From positions 186,001-250,000 of IMG/VR virus record IMGVR_UViG_3300023174_000038: DNA of 64,000 nucleotides. One strand, 5' to 3'. Positions 36,054 to 46,168 of this stretch are shown here, piece after piece; position 1 is the stretch's first letter; each line of letters starts with the position of its first letter. The position numbers and the translations under genes were made by a program. A model generated the notes under the pieces. That model ran no database searches. It was not told the DNA's origin and saw only the letters and a program-made list of their open reading frames with translations.

Positions 36054-36824
36054 ATGGATGAAAAATATAAATTTAGGGGAGAAAGAATTTCTGAAGCTAA
36101 AAGAATGAAACAATCAGAATTTTTAAACAGAGCCACATCTGTGCATGGTAGTAGATATGATTATTCTAAATCATTGTATGTGAATGCACATACCAAAATA
36201 AAAATTGGTTGTTCAGAACACGGAATATTTGAACAGAGACCTCACGACCACGTTAAAGGTAAAAACGGATGCCCAGTATGTGGCGCAATTAACAGAAGAA
36301 AAAACCATTCAAAACAAGCATTTGATAAATTTTTAATATTAGCAAAAAAAATACATCAAAACAAATATCAATATATTGTTGAATCATATACCGGGATAAC
36401 AGATTTGATGGAAATAGTTTGTCCAATACATGGTGTATTTAAACAAAGTGCTGATATTCATAAAAGAGGAAATGGGTGCCAAAGGTGCGGCTCCGGTCCT
36501 ATTTCAAATATGTCACAACAATGGCTTGATTCTTTGAATATAGTAGACCGAGAATATTGGATAACAATTAATGAAAAAAGATATAAAGTAGATGGATATG
36601 ATATTAATTCAAATACCATTTACGAATTTTTAGGTGATTATTGGCATGGAAATCCAAAAGTACATCACCCAGAAAAAATTAATTCGCATAATAAACATAC
36701 CTTTAAGGAACTATATGAAGGTACTATTGTAAGATTAGAAATTTTTAAAAAAGCAGGATATAATTTAGTTTTTATATGGGAAAATGATTATTTAAAGCCG
36801 TCTGACAATTCTTCCCTTGGATAA
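36054..36824 (+). CDS. Putative homing endonuclease (Zn-ribbon repeats plus PD-(D/E)xK domain)
   Basis: Two C..HG.F.Q...H..G.GC..CG repeats; [16 protein letters not shown]. Confidence 0.8.
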   Translation: MDEKYKFRGERISEAKRMKQSEFLNRATSVHGSRYDYSKSLYVNAHTKIKIGCSEHGIFEQRPHDHVKGKNGCPVCGAINRRKNHSKQAFDKFLILAKKIHQNKYQYIVESYTGITDLMEIVCPIHGVFKQSADIHKRGNGCQRCGSGPISNMSQQWLDSLNIVDREYWITINEKRYKVDGYDINSNTIYEFLGDYWHGNPKVHHPEKINSHNKHTFKELYEGTIVRLEIFKKAGYNLVFIWENDYLKPSDNSSLG

Positions 36825-37004
36825 ATCATACGGTGAAAATTCTATTAAAACCGTATCCCCTAACAAAATTTTAATATCATGCTGGCGCATCTTGCCAGAG
36901 ATATAACCTATTACATTTGTGTTATTTACTTTAACACGAAACATGGCATTGGGTAACACATCTGTTACCGTACCATCCATTCGTAAACCTTCTTCTTTTG
37001 CCAT
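36792..37004 (-). CDS. infA: Translation initiation factor IF-1
   Basis: [43 protein letters not shown]. Confidence 0.95.
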   Translation of the reverse strand: MAKEEGLRMDGTVTDVLPNAMFRVKVNNTNVIGYISGKMRQHDIKILLGDTVLIEFSPYDLSKGRIVRRL

Positions 37005-37026
37005 GTGTTTTGCTTTACGCTCCTTT

Positions 37027-37422
37027 TTAATTCCTACGCATTGTGCTAATTGCTTTAGCCTCTTCATCACTAAAGACCGGCACAGCATTACTTTTATGCA
37101 TAGTGCCAATCCCAATAATTTTATTACCTGTATATTGTGGAATATCTTTAGTGCGTACCGCACCTTTGTGACCTGTATCTAAACTGTTAATACGTACAGA
37201 CTCACGACCTACGGGTGCAGATAGTGTATATTGTAATGGTTCTGCCGCTAAAGCACGTTTGCGCTTTTTGTCATCCGCATCAACTTCCCATTTTTTTTGT
37301 AGTTCTTTCCAGTCGGCATCAAGCTGACGGGCTTTTTGTGCCTCTGCGCTATTGCGAAACTTAATTTTGCCTTTGCGTTTACCGCCGGTATTAAGCCAGG
37401 GTCCTTCTAAATGCATGGTCAT
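37027..37422 (-). CDS. Hypothetical protein
   Basis: [20 protein letters not shown]. Confidence 0.7.
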   Translation of the reverse strand: MTMHLEGPWLNTGGKRKGKIKFRNSAEAQKARQLDADWKELQKKWEVDADDKKRKRALAAEPLQYTLSAPVGRESVRINSLDTGHKGAVRTKDIPQYTGNKIIGIGTMHKSNAVPVFSDEEAKAISTMRRN

Positions 37423-37487
37423 GATGTGTGGGTCATAGTTATTAAACAGTTATAATTATAGCAAAATATGGATTATTTGTCAAGTTT

Positions 37488-37871
37488 TTACTTCTTTAAT
37501 ATTGCCCAAACACGCTCTTTTTCTATGATCTCGGCTTCTAATTCTTTATAGCGTTTACCCAATTCTTTTAGTTCATCCCATCTATCTTCTAGTTCGGGAT
37601 TGGTGTGAAGAATCGCTAATCGTTCTTCAATCTTAGAAAACATATCAGTAAGGCTTTTGCCCTTGATAGTTACTTCACCTTCAAAATCAGCATTACCCTT
37701 TACAGATAGAGAATTACCTTTAAGGCTAGGATCAGTTGAAATAACGTTTGAGGTACCATTTAAACCCCAATATATCCCATTTGAAGTAGTATTAGGTATA
37801 GTAACTGTACCGGTGGTAACCGTATTGAAAGAATCACCTATCATAGTGTTATTATAATTTGGATAACTCAT
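37488..37871 (-). CDS. Hypothetical protein
   Basis: ORF, C-terminal coiled coil. Confidence 0.65.
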   Translation of the reverse strand: MSYPNYNNTMIGDSFNTVTTGTVTIPNTTSNGIYWGLNGTSNVISTDPSLKGNSLSVKGNADFEGEVTIKGKSLTDMFSKIEERLAILHTNPELEDRWDELKELGKRYKELEAEIIEKERVWAILKK

Positions 37872-38053
37872 TTGTTTGCTCGTTTTAAGATATATTTGCC
37901 CTTCTCATCTATAGCAAATTCAATCTCATCACCCTCACGCCAGCCTAATTCATCTAACAATTGTTGTGGTATAGGCAACATTAAATCGCCTGTTTCAGGA
38001 TCTTCATGTGTAATTACTTCATAACGAACTAAATCTTTGCCAAGTTTCTTCAT
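37868..38053 (-). CDS. AbrB/MazE-type DNA-binding protein
   Basis: GDLMLPIPQQLLDELGWREGDEIEF. Confidence 0.75.
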   Translation of the reverse strand: MKKLGKDLVRYEVITHEDPETGDLMLPIPQQLLDELGWREGDEIEFAIDEKGKYILKRANK

Positions 38054-38061
38054 ATCAATAC

Positions 38062-38619
38062 TTATCTAGTTAGATAGGGGGCATAAATCTTTTCTAGTGA
38101 ATTAATAGTATGCTCAGTATTTTCATCCTCATGCTTAACAGCAATGCCACCTGCATTACTCCAAAGATTTAAATACTTACCATAATCATCTACTAAGACA
38201 TTTGGCTCACTATTACTCAATGCGTATTTGTGTTTATGTTGAGTAAAGATAGCATTTTGTGTAGCATTTGGATTGTGTTCATCTAACCAATCTTTTTTAG
38301 CTTCTACACTAGCACTAGCATATGGTCCACGTAATGGGGCACTTAATACAGTATATGGAATTTTATGTTGATTTAACCATTGTACAACTTTGCCTCCGCC
38401 TTGAAGAGGTTTTAGTTCTCTAAAAAACTTATATACTTCTTCAGGGCTACTTGAAGCTAACTCATTTATTGATGTTTCAGTATCAGGAATCTCTTTGTAA
38501 TTACCAACATTATGTTTTGCGGCCCAAGCCCCAAAGAAATCAGCTTGTACTCCATCCATATCTAAGTATAGATGCGGCATCTTTTTGTTTGTATTTTCCA
38601 TCAATTCCTTAAGTTTCAT
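38062..38619 (-). CDS. 5'(3')-deoxyribonucleotidase, HAD family
   Basis: LDMDGV, LSAP, KKDWL, LVDD. Confidence 0.85.
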   Translation of the reverse strand: MKLKELMENTNKKMPHLYLDMDGVQADFFGAWAAKHNVGNYKEIPDTETSINELASSSPEEVYKFFRELKPLQGGGKVVQWLNQHKIPYTVLSAPLRGPYASASVEAKKDWLDEHNPNATQNAIFTQHKHKYALSNSEPNVLVDDYGKYLNLWSNAGGIAVKHEDENTEHTINSLEKIYAPYLTR

Positions 38620-38626
38620 TTAGCTA

Positions 38627-39163
38627 TTATATCACAAACGGTATAATAAGCCAAATGCCTTGGGCTAATAGTAATGAACCAAATATACTAACTCCAATAC
38701 TACCCCAATACATACGTTTATCTACAGCTAGAATACTAGCAGATAATAACACAATAGCTAATTGAAATGCCATTGCGGCAAATGTTAACCATGGCGTATG
38801 CTTTTTGGCTTCATCACGTTCACTTTCAATCTGTAATGCTTTAGCCATTAACTCTTTCTTGCCCTCACCTTTAGCCGGATCACTTTCATAACGGTCAATC
38901 TTAGCTTGTAATATTTCTTTACGTTTTATATCGGTAGTAGCTTCTAATTGCCCTTCAGCAATACTTTGCTTGATAGATTTTGCTTGGTAAAAGTTCCAAG
39001 TATCATTTGCTTTGATAGTGTTACTTAATATTTTACCACTAAATCCACTAGACATATAGGTTGTAATTGCTAATAATAGTGCAATGACAGTAATTACCCA
39101 TCCTGCTCTATCTTTAATTTGTGCTTCACGTTCACTGCGTGATAATGTTTTTACTTCTGCCAT
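38627..39163 (-). CDS. DUF4337-like membrane protein
   Basis: ANDTWNFYQAKSIKQ; three TM segments. Confidence 0.7.
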   Translation of the reverse strand: MAEVKTLSRSEREAQIKDRAGWVITVIALLLAITTYMSSGFSGKILSNTIKANDTWNFYQAKSIKQSIAEGQLEATTDIKRKEILQAKIDRYESDPAKGEGKKELMAKALQIESERDEAKKHTPWLTFAAMAFQLAIVLLSASILAVDKRMYWGSIGVSIFGSLLLAQGIWLIIPFVI

Positions 39164-39397
39164 TTTGTTTCCTTTAGTATTATGCTATTTTATTGAATTT
39201 GTTCAATTAAATATATATTTATACCCAATCTGAAGGAGTAAGCCTATGAGTTGGTTCAAGCATAAACCCAGAACAAAAACACCCCCAAAATTACATGCAC
39301 ATCATTCAAGCCCTATAGCAGAAAAACTATTAAAAGAGACAAAACTTGAAGTAACTGGCGTAAAAGCTAAGTTAGCAGAACAAGAAAAAAAGAAAAA

Positions 39398-39580
39398 ATG
39401 ACGGGAAGAGAACTACATACAATGTACCAACAATGGTGCCAGGGTAATGACCAGTATGATTTTCGTTGGTTAGACTTTGTTGAGATGGCTGCAAGACAGT
39501 TTAAACAGCCGGAAAGTGAAGTATTAAGAGAGTTACAGAAACACTATTGGTTTGTTAAAAATAACAAAGAATGTAAGTAA
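39398..39580 (+). CDS. Small hypothetical protein
   Basis: ORF track. Confidence 0.45.
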   Translation: MTGRELHTMYQQWCQGNDQYDFRWLDFVEMAARQFKQPESEVLRELQKHYWFVKNNKECK

Positions 39581-39633
39581 CTTAAAGATAAATATAAGCA
39601 TATTAATGGTGTTTTAACCATAAAGGAAATACA

Positions 39634-40524
39634 ATGCAAATAAGTAGTGGAATAGTTTTTACCAGTGGACTTAGTATAACCGGAAGTGATGGTCCGTCAG
39701 TTACACCTACAGTAGAATATCTTGTTGTTGCTGGTGGCGGCGGTGGAGGTGCCCTTGGTGGAGGTGGTGCAGGTGGTTTTAGAACAAATACTGGATTGTC
39801 TGTAACTTCTGGCTCTGCTATTACAGTTACAGTTGGCGCTGGAGGAACGGGTGGTAATGGTGCAGGAAGTCCTGCACATACAAGCGGCTCTAATTCTGTT
39901 TTTAGTTCTATAACCTCTGCCGGCGGCGGATATGGTGGAAATTTTGCTGCTCCAACAGCAGAATCTGGTGCTAGTGGCGGATCTGGTGGCGGTGGCGGTG
40001 GAACTGACGCAGGCGGTACTGCAGGTAGCGGTGGTACTGGAAATACTCCATCTGTTTCTCCAGCACAAGGAACCAATGGAGCTTCTGGTACTGTCCAAAA
40101 CACCACCTCAACGGGCGGTGGAGGTGGTGGTGCTACTAGTGCCGGCGCAGTAGGAACAAATAGTTCATTTGGCGGCCAAGGTGGTGCTGGTACAGCATCT
40201 TCAATCTCTGGTTCATCAGTAACTTACTCGGGCGGAGGCTCTGGCGGAGGCTCAGTTTCTAGGTCGGGGGGAACAGGGGGCGGTGGCGCCGGTGGTGCTG
40301 CTAATTCAGTAGGAACTGCGGGCACATCAAATACCGGTGGAGGTGGAGGTGGCGGTGGCAATTCTTCACCGCAAACAGGTGGTAATGGAGGTTCCGGTAT
40401 AGTAATCATTCGCTATGCAGATACATATGCAGCCGCAACAAGTACTACTGGATCTCCGACAATAACAGTTTCAGGTGGATATAGAGTATATCAATGGACT
40501 AGTTCTGGTTCAATAACCTTCTAA
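39634..40524 (+). CDS. Glycine-rich virion accessory protein
   Basis: VEYLVVAGGGGG...GGSGIVIIRY...YRVYQWTSSGSITF. Confidence 0.8.
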   Translation: MQISSGIVFTSGLSITGSDGPSVTPTVEYLVVAGGGGGGALGGGGAGGFRTNTGLSVTSGSAITVTVGAGGTGGNGAGSPAHTSGSNSVFSSITSAGGGYGGNFAAPTAESGASGGSGGGGGGTDAGGTAGSGGTGNTPSVSPAQGTNGASGTVQNTTSTGGGGGGATSAGAVGTNSSFGGQGGAGTASSISGSSVTYSGGGSGGGSVSRSGGTGGGGAGGAANSVGTAGTSNTGGGGGGGGNSSPQTGGNGGSGIVIIRYADTYAAATSTTGSPTITVSGGYRVYQWTSSGSITF

Positions 40525-40586
40525 GGGTAAATCTGATTAGTATATTCTCTAGTTGTATGATATACTATAACGAATAGGAGAATATA

Positions 40587-40904
40587 TTGAAATCACTTTA
40601 TCTAATACTACTAACTTTAGGAATATCAACATGCTCCTACTCACAAGAACTAAAAGACACTATAGAAGCAGAATTACCCTGCTATAACACAAAAGAACTC
40701 TTTAAAAGTCTTAGAGAAAAATATAAAGAAATGCCTCTACTTACTGGTAAGGCAACAGATATAGCTAGGTCAACTCTCAGTGTTTGGATGAACTCAACTG
40801 ATAAAAATTGGACAATAGTCGCTACTACAAAAGATATTAGCTGTATCGTTGGTATGGGAACTGATATTAAACTAATCAGCTACAAGACAGGTACAAGTAT
40901 ATGA
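40587..40904 (+). CDS. Secreted hypothetical protein
   Basis: AGGAG SD, TTG start, signal peptide. Confidence 0.6.
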   Translation: MKSLYLILLTLGISTCSYSQELKDTIEAELPCYNTKELFKSLREKYKEMPLLTGKATDIARSTLSVWMNSTDKNWTIVATTKDISCIVGMGTDIKLISYKTGTSI

Positions 40905-41632
40905 TTAAAAAATTAATAACAATTCTAGCATTAACAATATCTTCGGTATACGCCGATCCACTAACAGCACAAGCTTGGTTAGTAGCTGATAGTAATGGTA
41001 AAATACTAGAAGGCTCTAATATGTCCGAAGTACGTAGCATAGCTAGTATCACTAAACTAATGACTGCTATGGTAGTATTAGATAGTGGTCAATCATTAAC
41101 TGAAATCATCCCAAAGAAACTGTACAATAAACTTCTAACAAGAGAAACACTAATAGATTTGGCAATCGTTAAATCAGATAACAATGCCGCTAAACTATTA
41201 TGTGATTACTATCCAGGTGGATATAACAAATGTATTGATGCTATGAATTATAAAGCGGCATCATTACAAATGGATAACTCAATCTTCACCGATCCTACCG
41301 GTAGGATGCATACTAATGTTAGTACAGCACATGACTTAATTAAACTTGTATTTGCAGCCAGTACATATCCATTGATAGTAGAAGCAAGTAATATGGATGC
41401 TGTACGTTGGAGTATTGGTAAGAAGAAAACAGCAGAATTTAAGAACACTAATACTTTAGTAGGACATGGTTATAAATTCTTAGTAAGTAAAACTGGCTTT
41501 ATCAATAAAGCAGGTGGCTGTATTGTTATGATGATGGATACAGCAAATGGAATCAGGACCGTAGTCCTGTTGGGTTCAAAGAATACTAAAACTCGTATTC
41601 CAGAAGCAAAGATGCTATCTATGCTTTATTAA
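40901..41632 (+). CDS. Peptidase S11 D-Ala-D-Ala carboxy/endopeptidase (PBP)
   Basis: SITK, SDN and KTG motifs; signal peptide. Confidence 0.9.
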   Translation: MIKKLITILALTISSVYADPLTAQAWLVADSNGKILEGSNMSEVRSIASITKLMTAMVVLDSGQSLTEIIPKKLYNKLLTRETLIDLAIVKSDNNAAKLLCDYYPGGYNKCIDAMNYKAASLQMDNSIFTDPTGRMHTNVSTAHDLIKLVFAASTYPLIVEASNMDAVRWSIGKKKTAEFKNTNTLVGHGYKFLVSKTGFINKAGGCIVMMMDTANGIRTVVLLGSKNTKTRIPEAKMLSMLY

Positions 41633-41898
41633 TCTTTAGGTCCAAACTTAGTGATATCTTTCTTAGGAACATAATCAACACCGGGTACTGGACTATAGTC
41701 TTTTGTTATACTTGGTATCATCTCATCACCGTATTTTAATGTAATATAGCTGAATGTTCCGCTATTAGTAGTTTCTTTTAAACCAATCATTAAATGTCTA
41801 TGCCATGATATTTTCATATCAACAACCTTTTTAATATTATTGTCGGTTAGTATATCTGTGAAATTGTTGTTCTCACGGTAAAAAGTATAATATTTCAT
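41629..41898 (-). CDS. Hypothetical protein
   Basis: ORF in minus-strand string. Confidence 0.55.
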   Translation of the reverse strand: MKYYTFYRENNNFTDILTDNNIKKVVDMKISWHRHLMIGLKETTNSGTFSYITLKYGDEMIPSITKDYSPVPGVDYVPKKDITKFGPKD

Positions 41899-42095
41899 TT
41901 TTTCCAAAGTATAAAGTTTATGTAATCGGATTCAGTTTCAAAATAGAAATCATATAATCCACCATCACGTCCTGCAGGTACTTGACAATCGTAGCCCCAG
42001 TCGTTAGCACAGTTTCGTTGACACCAATCAATTACGGGTTTTAATTCTCCGTAACCAATTGTAATTCTAGTTTTGTATTGGGTATCGGGTGACAC
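41895..42095 (-). CDS. Hypothetical protein
   Basis: WC..NC...W...F.F....D...F.L.W pattern. Confidence 0.55.
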   Translation of the reverse strand: MSPDTQYKTRITIGYGELKPVIDWCQRNCANDWGYDCQVPAGRDGGLYDFYFETESDYINFILWKK

Positions 42096-42567
42096 TTACG
42101 TTGCCTTGTTCTAAAAATTCTAATCCTTTAGTATCTCTATATGCGTCACGGTAAAAGACCTGTTTTATACCAGATTGATATATAGCCTTTGCACAATGGA
42201 TACAAGGTGCATGTGTAACAAATAATATAGCATCCTCGCTAGATTCAGTACTTGCGGACACTTTTGAAATTACATTCATCTCGGCGTGGAGTACCTCATC
42301 CTTAGTAACTAACCGATATCTACGATTACTTTCTACTGTACTATCATATTCTTCAAATGGATATAGTTGTCCATCCCAAGCATCTCCTGGCATGTATTCT
42401 TTATATTCACATTCGTTAGTCCATCCAGTTGGCATGCCATTGTATCCTGTACCTAGGATCTTGTTACCTTTAACAATAACTGCACCAACATTTAATCTGA
42501 TAGCTGAACTTAGCTTGCTAGTTAGTTCAGCTATATCCATGTAATAGTCTATAAACTTAGGTTTCAT
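42067..42567 (-). CDS. dCMP deaminase
   Basis: VGAVIV, GYNG, HAE, PCIHC. Confidence 0.92.
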   Translation of the reverse strand: MKPKFIDYYMDIAELTSKLSSAIRLNVGAVIVKGNKILGTGYNGMPTGWTNECEYKEYMPGDAWDGQLYPFEEYDSTVESNRRYRLVTKDEVLHAEMNVISKVSASTESSEDAILFVTHAPCIHCAKAIYQSGIKQVFYRDAYRDTKGLEFLEQGNVSVTRYPIQN

Positions 42568-42803
42568 TTAACGTAGAATTTCTTAATATGTATTTTTGCA
42601 CTATGATCGGGTAAGATACTTAGTACATAGTTTGGCTCGTCATACTTTTTGCAAAAGGCTTCACCTAGTTTATAGTCACCTTTTATTTGTTCAAATAGAA
42701 ACTCTTTGCAAAAATTATCAAACTCTTGTTTACTAATACTAAAATCTTTTTGTCCTTTACCTAGAGTTTGTAAGTATAGTTGTTGCGCCATTTTATCAAA
42801 CAT
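42564..42803 (-). CDS. Hypothetical protein
   Basis: ORF. Confidence 0.55.
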   Translation of the reverse strand: MFDKMAQQLYLQTLGKGQKDFSISKQEFDNFCKEFLFEQIKGDYKLGEAFCKKYDEPNYVLSILPDHSAKIHIKKFYVK

Positions 42804-42806
42804 TAA

Positions 42807-43343
42807 TTAATCCCAAAGTGCTCTAAAATATTTACCAAACAGATCCAAACCTTCTTGGATACGATCTTCATGTAGTTGATGCCCTTCAGCATCATACCAA
42901 TGTGCGTCAGGATCTTTATCAACCATTTGAAATGTATCTTCTACTTTACCTGTTATAGGATTGGGGTATGTTTTATCAGTTTTAATCCAATCATAGTCAC
43001 TTTTGCCATGATGATATTTGTCACCATAATCTTCAAATGCAATTTGGTGAAAAGCCCAAATCATTTTGTCTAGTGTTTCATCCCAACGTTTAGCACCTTC
43101 TTCCCATGCCTCATCGTGTGATTCAATATAGAAATCAAAACTTTGTTGTGTACTATATTCTTCTCCGCCAACATCTACAAAATCACTGGGGATACCCTGT
43201 TTAGTTTGTTTTAGTTGAATTAATGCCGGATAGATAATAGTAGCTAGCGTGTGGTCTGTACTCCAAGTATCAAATCTATCAATTTGTACATTGATTTTTC
43301 TACGATTACCTTTTCTAGGGTAATTGCCAATATTTATTTTCAT
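42807..43343 (-). CDS. Hypothetical protein
   Basis: DTWSTDHTLA...GLDLFGKYFRALWD. Confidence 0.7.
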   Translation of the reverse strand: MKINIGNYPRKGNRRKINVQIDRFDTWSTDHTLATIIYPALIQLKQTKQGIPSDFVDVGGEEYSTQQSFDFYIESHDEAWEEGAKRWDETLDKMIWAFHQIAFEDYGDKYHHGKSDYDWIKTDKTYPNPITGKVEDTFQMVDKDPDAHWYDAEGHQLHEDRIQEGLDLFGKYFRALWD

Positions 43344-43666
43344 ACTTTTTCAGTTACCTTGCCTTCAATAAATGCAACAAAATAATCTCCGTGCTTTACT
43401 GTAGCATATTCAATTTTCTTGTATTCTCTACTTAGTTGTGCTAGTTGCTCCAATGAATTACCTTGACAAATAAAATCGTTTGTTTCACGGTCATATAACA
43501 AAATAATATCATCTACTAATTCTGTTTCTAATTTATAAACATTAGGTTTAGTTACTTCTTCAACAATGATAAATGAACGTAAGTTTTTACGTAGTTTATA
43601 CATTGTGTAGAACTCACCCATAACCCATCCTAGGGCTAGTATAAGAATGATATCAAGTAGTGTCAT
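43340..43666 (-). CDS. Membrane-anchored hypothetical protein
   Basis: N-terminal TM segment. Confidence 0.6.
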   Translation of the reverse strand: MTLLDIILILALGWVMGEFYTMYKLRKNLRSFIIVEEVTKPNVYKLETELVDDIILLYDRETNDFICQGNSLEQLAQLSREYKKIEYATVKHGDYFVAFIEGKVTEKV

Positions 43667-43670
43667 AATA

Positions 43671-43952
43671 TTATTTATTGATAGTTAAGTTAGACCATTT
43701 CTTTAATTTCTTAAACTTATTCTTTTTAGCCTGATCTAAACCTTCAACTGTAATACCCACATTGTTATCTGTAATCAATTCAACCATGGCCAGCAAGTCA
43801 CCCAATTCTTCTTCAAGCATTTGGATATTAGTCATTGGCTTATTAGGTTTCATTTGATCTGGACCGAACCTAAAACACTTGCTAACAGCTTGTGTAACCT
43901 CGGCACATTCCTCTTGTAAGATTAGTAGTATTTCTCTTGTATCTTCGTTCAT
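43671..43952 (-). CDS. MazG-like NTP pyrophosphohydrolase
   Basis: EECAE...EEELGDLL. Confidence 0.8.
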   Translation of the reverse strand: MNEDTREILLILQEECAEVTQAVSKCFRFGPDQMKPNKPMTNIQMLEEELGDLLAMVELITDNNVGITVEGLDQAKKNKFKKLKKWSNLTINK

Positions 43953-44179
43953 TTTTTATTCCATCTAAAATTGTTTAATTCTGCTACTACTTCATCTAAT
44001 GATTCCTGTACTTCCCATGTACCATGAGGAGGACAAAATACATATGTAATATTTTCAATTATACCATCTTCTTTTTTAGCAAGATTGGGTGTATTGAATA
44101 CTGTTGAAATCAAATCAATATTGATTGCAATTTTATTGCCTTTGTGTGCGTCACTGGCATTTGTAAGAGAGATAAACAT
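43949..44179 (-). CDS. Hypothetical protein, FlbD-like pattern
   Basis: IAINIDLI...VQESLDEVV. Confidence 0.55.
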   Translation of the reverse strand: MFISLTNASDAHKGNKIAINIDLISTVFNTPNLAKKEDGIIENITYVFCPPHGTWEVQESLDEVVAELNNFRWNKK

Positions 44180-44336
44180 TAAATTCCGATCATATTAGTT
44201 ATATATAAAAAAACAATTGCAAAATTAACTGCAAAAATTATTCCATCCATGTAGTACATCCACTTGGGACTATCTTTGTAATCTTTAGTTGCTAATATAT
44301 AACCAAAGAACAATACTACTCCTATGTTTATTAAAA

Positions 44337-44852
44337 TCATTGTTGTTTCCTATTAGCTTTAGTCATTACATATTTTTCGTGATAGGGTTTCCAATCGGTC
44401 AAGTAATGGTCATGTTTAATCCAACGATGTATACCTTTCTTTGCTTCTACTAAGAAGCCCCATTCACGTTTTTGTGGACCCATAAAAAATAGTGTTGTTG
44501 CTGGTTCCTCACCGTCAAGTTCAAGCCAATGATATTCACCTGCACCACGCTTAATGATACTACCAGGACCACGCCATGTTTGAAATTCTGTAAGCATTTT
44601 GCCATCATCATTAAACACTGGTGTATGTTCCCAATAACCACCTTTAAGAACAATAGTCATATAGCCCCAAGGATGGTCATGAAATATAGGGTCATCACTA
44701 CGCACAATTTTGTGCAATGTAACATTGAAGGGGAACCAATTACGGTCTTTGAGAAATAAATAATACCGATGCATGTAATCTAATCCTGTCCTACGATCAG
44801 GAATCAAACGATAACGACCTAACTTATTCATTACTTTGTGAAATAAACTCAT
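44337..44852 (-). CDS. Cupin-fold protein
   Basis: FHDHPW...GGYWE...YHWL...TLFFMGP. Confidence 0.7.
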   Translation of the reverse strand: MSLFHKVMNKLGRYRLIPDRRTGLDYMHRYYLFLKDRNWFPFNVTLHKIVRSDDPIFHDHPWGYMTIVLKGGYWEHTPVFNDDGKMLTEFQTWRGPGSIIKRGAGEYHWLELDGEEPATTLFFMGPQKREWGFLVEAKKGIHRWIKHDHYLTDWKPYHEKYVMTKANRKQQ

Positions 44853-44961
44853 TACTATCTCCTATCTGATTGACTATTATAACATACAACTGAATTAAAC
44901 ACAAGTATAAAGGCAGAAAAAGGGTGACGAATCACCCTTTATTCACATCTCAAATTTGAGA

Positions 44962-45222
44962 TTAAACAAGGCCCATTGCCATGGCCTTGTAACCAGCGGC
45001 TACAACTTCACGACTAGGAGTACCCAAACGATACTTAGTGTATGTACCACCAAGTTTGTTTGTACGCTTGTTAGCGTAGATTGCCAAACCGCCACGCAAG
45101 CGCAAATCGCTTACTGTTGCTGTTGGATTAGCAAACCCAAAACGTTGGGTAATTTGCTTTGCAGTCAATTCTTGACCTTGCTCAAATGCCTGGATAAGGC
45201 GTGCTTGTTTAGTTAATGTCAT
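44962..45222 (-). CDS. Winged helix-turn-helix protein
   Basis: LTAKQITQRFGFANPTATVSDLR; AAGGA SD; terminator 44917-44941. Confidence 0.65.
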   Translation of the reverse strand: MTLTKQARLIQAFEQGQELTAKQITQRFGFANPTATVSDLRLRGGLAIYANKRTNKLGGTYTKYRLGTPSREVVAAGYKAMAMGLV

Positions 45223-45319
45223 TTTATTTTCCTTTAAAAAAATCGCTGTTCTCACAACGTGTTACTATTGTATAACAACTAAGAGTTATATACAATATCT
45301 TTTGGTCACCTAGTTTAAA

Positions 45320-46168
45320 TTAGATGTCCAAAAACTTTAACTCAAACACATCGGCTTGAGGATCAGCACCCTTGTAACCACGAGGATTACATACCACTCG
45401 GGTAGTGCCAATATTATAATCAAATGGGTCATGCATATGACCATGCGTCCATAAGGTAATTTGTGGATGATTTAAAATGAATTCACTCAATTCACTATGA
45501 TAACCACCATTCATTACATAATGAACATTATGCTTATATCTGTCATGGGTACTCATTGCACTAGGTGCATGATGTCCTACAAATACAACTTTCTTATCCT
45601 TCATATCAACCAACACTTGTTTCAAATAACTTAGTGTTTGTTGATGACGATATACAGTATGTGCTGGTCGTAACTTACTATATCCATGCTCATCATTACG
45701 GATAACTCTGTAATCATTCATCATATCAGTTAATGCATGTAATGTTAATGGGTCACCCTTATTACAATCAGTCCACAATGTAGCACCAATAAAGGACACT
45801 TCATTGATAACCTTGATATCGTTCTCAAGGAAGTAAACATTGGGGTAAACAGCACACGCTTCACGCAGGTGATCTAAACTAGCTTTCCATCGTCCGTGAT
45901 AGAATTCATGATTGCCGGCAACATAAACAACATGAGGGAACTCATTGCTTACTCTACTGAGGAAAGCACGAAATCTTTGTGCGGCTTTTTGTCTTGTACC
46001 CAATTTAGTATAAGATTCATATGGGCTAGAGACTGTAGGAGGATGATTATGTAAATCCTCTGCTAACATAATATCGCCGGATAGGATAAGGACCTCAGCA
46101 CCGCCGGTGTTCTTAAGGTCAATATCTTCAAACTCTAAATGCAGGTCACTGCACAACGCTATTTTCAT
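45320..46168 (-). CDS. Metallophosphoesterase
   Basis: SDLHLE, GD, GNHE, HH, HGHMH, NPRGY. Confidence 0.9.
   Translation of the reverse strand: MKIALCSDLHLEFEDIDLKNTGGAEVLILSGDIMLAEDLHNHPPTVSSPYESYTKLGTRQKAAQRFRAFLSRVSNEFPHVVYVAGNHEFYHGRWKASLDHLREACAVYPNVYFLENDIKVINEVSFIGATLWTDCNKGDPLTLHALTDMMNDYRVIRNDEHGYSKLRPAHTVYRHQQTLSYLKQVLVDMKDKKVVFVGHHAPSAMSTHDRYKHNVHYVMNGGYHSELSEFILNHPQITLWTHGHMHDPFDYNIGTTRVVCNPRGYKGADPQADVFELKFLDI

Noticed and set aside
39603-40409. Pro-rich antisense ORFs
   Set aside because: Mirror of the Gly-rich gene on the plus strand.
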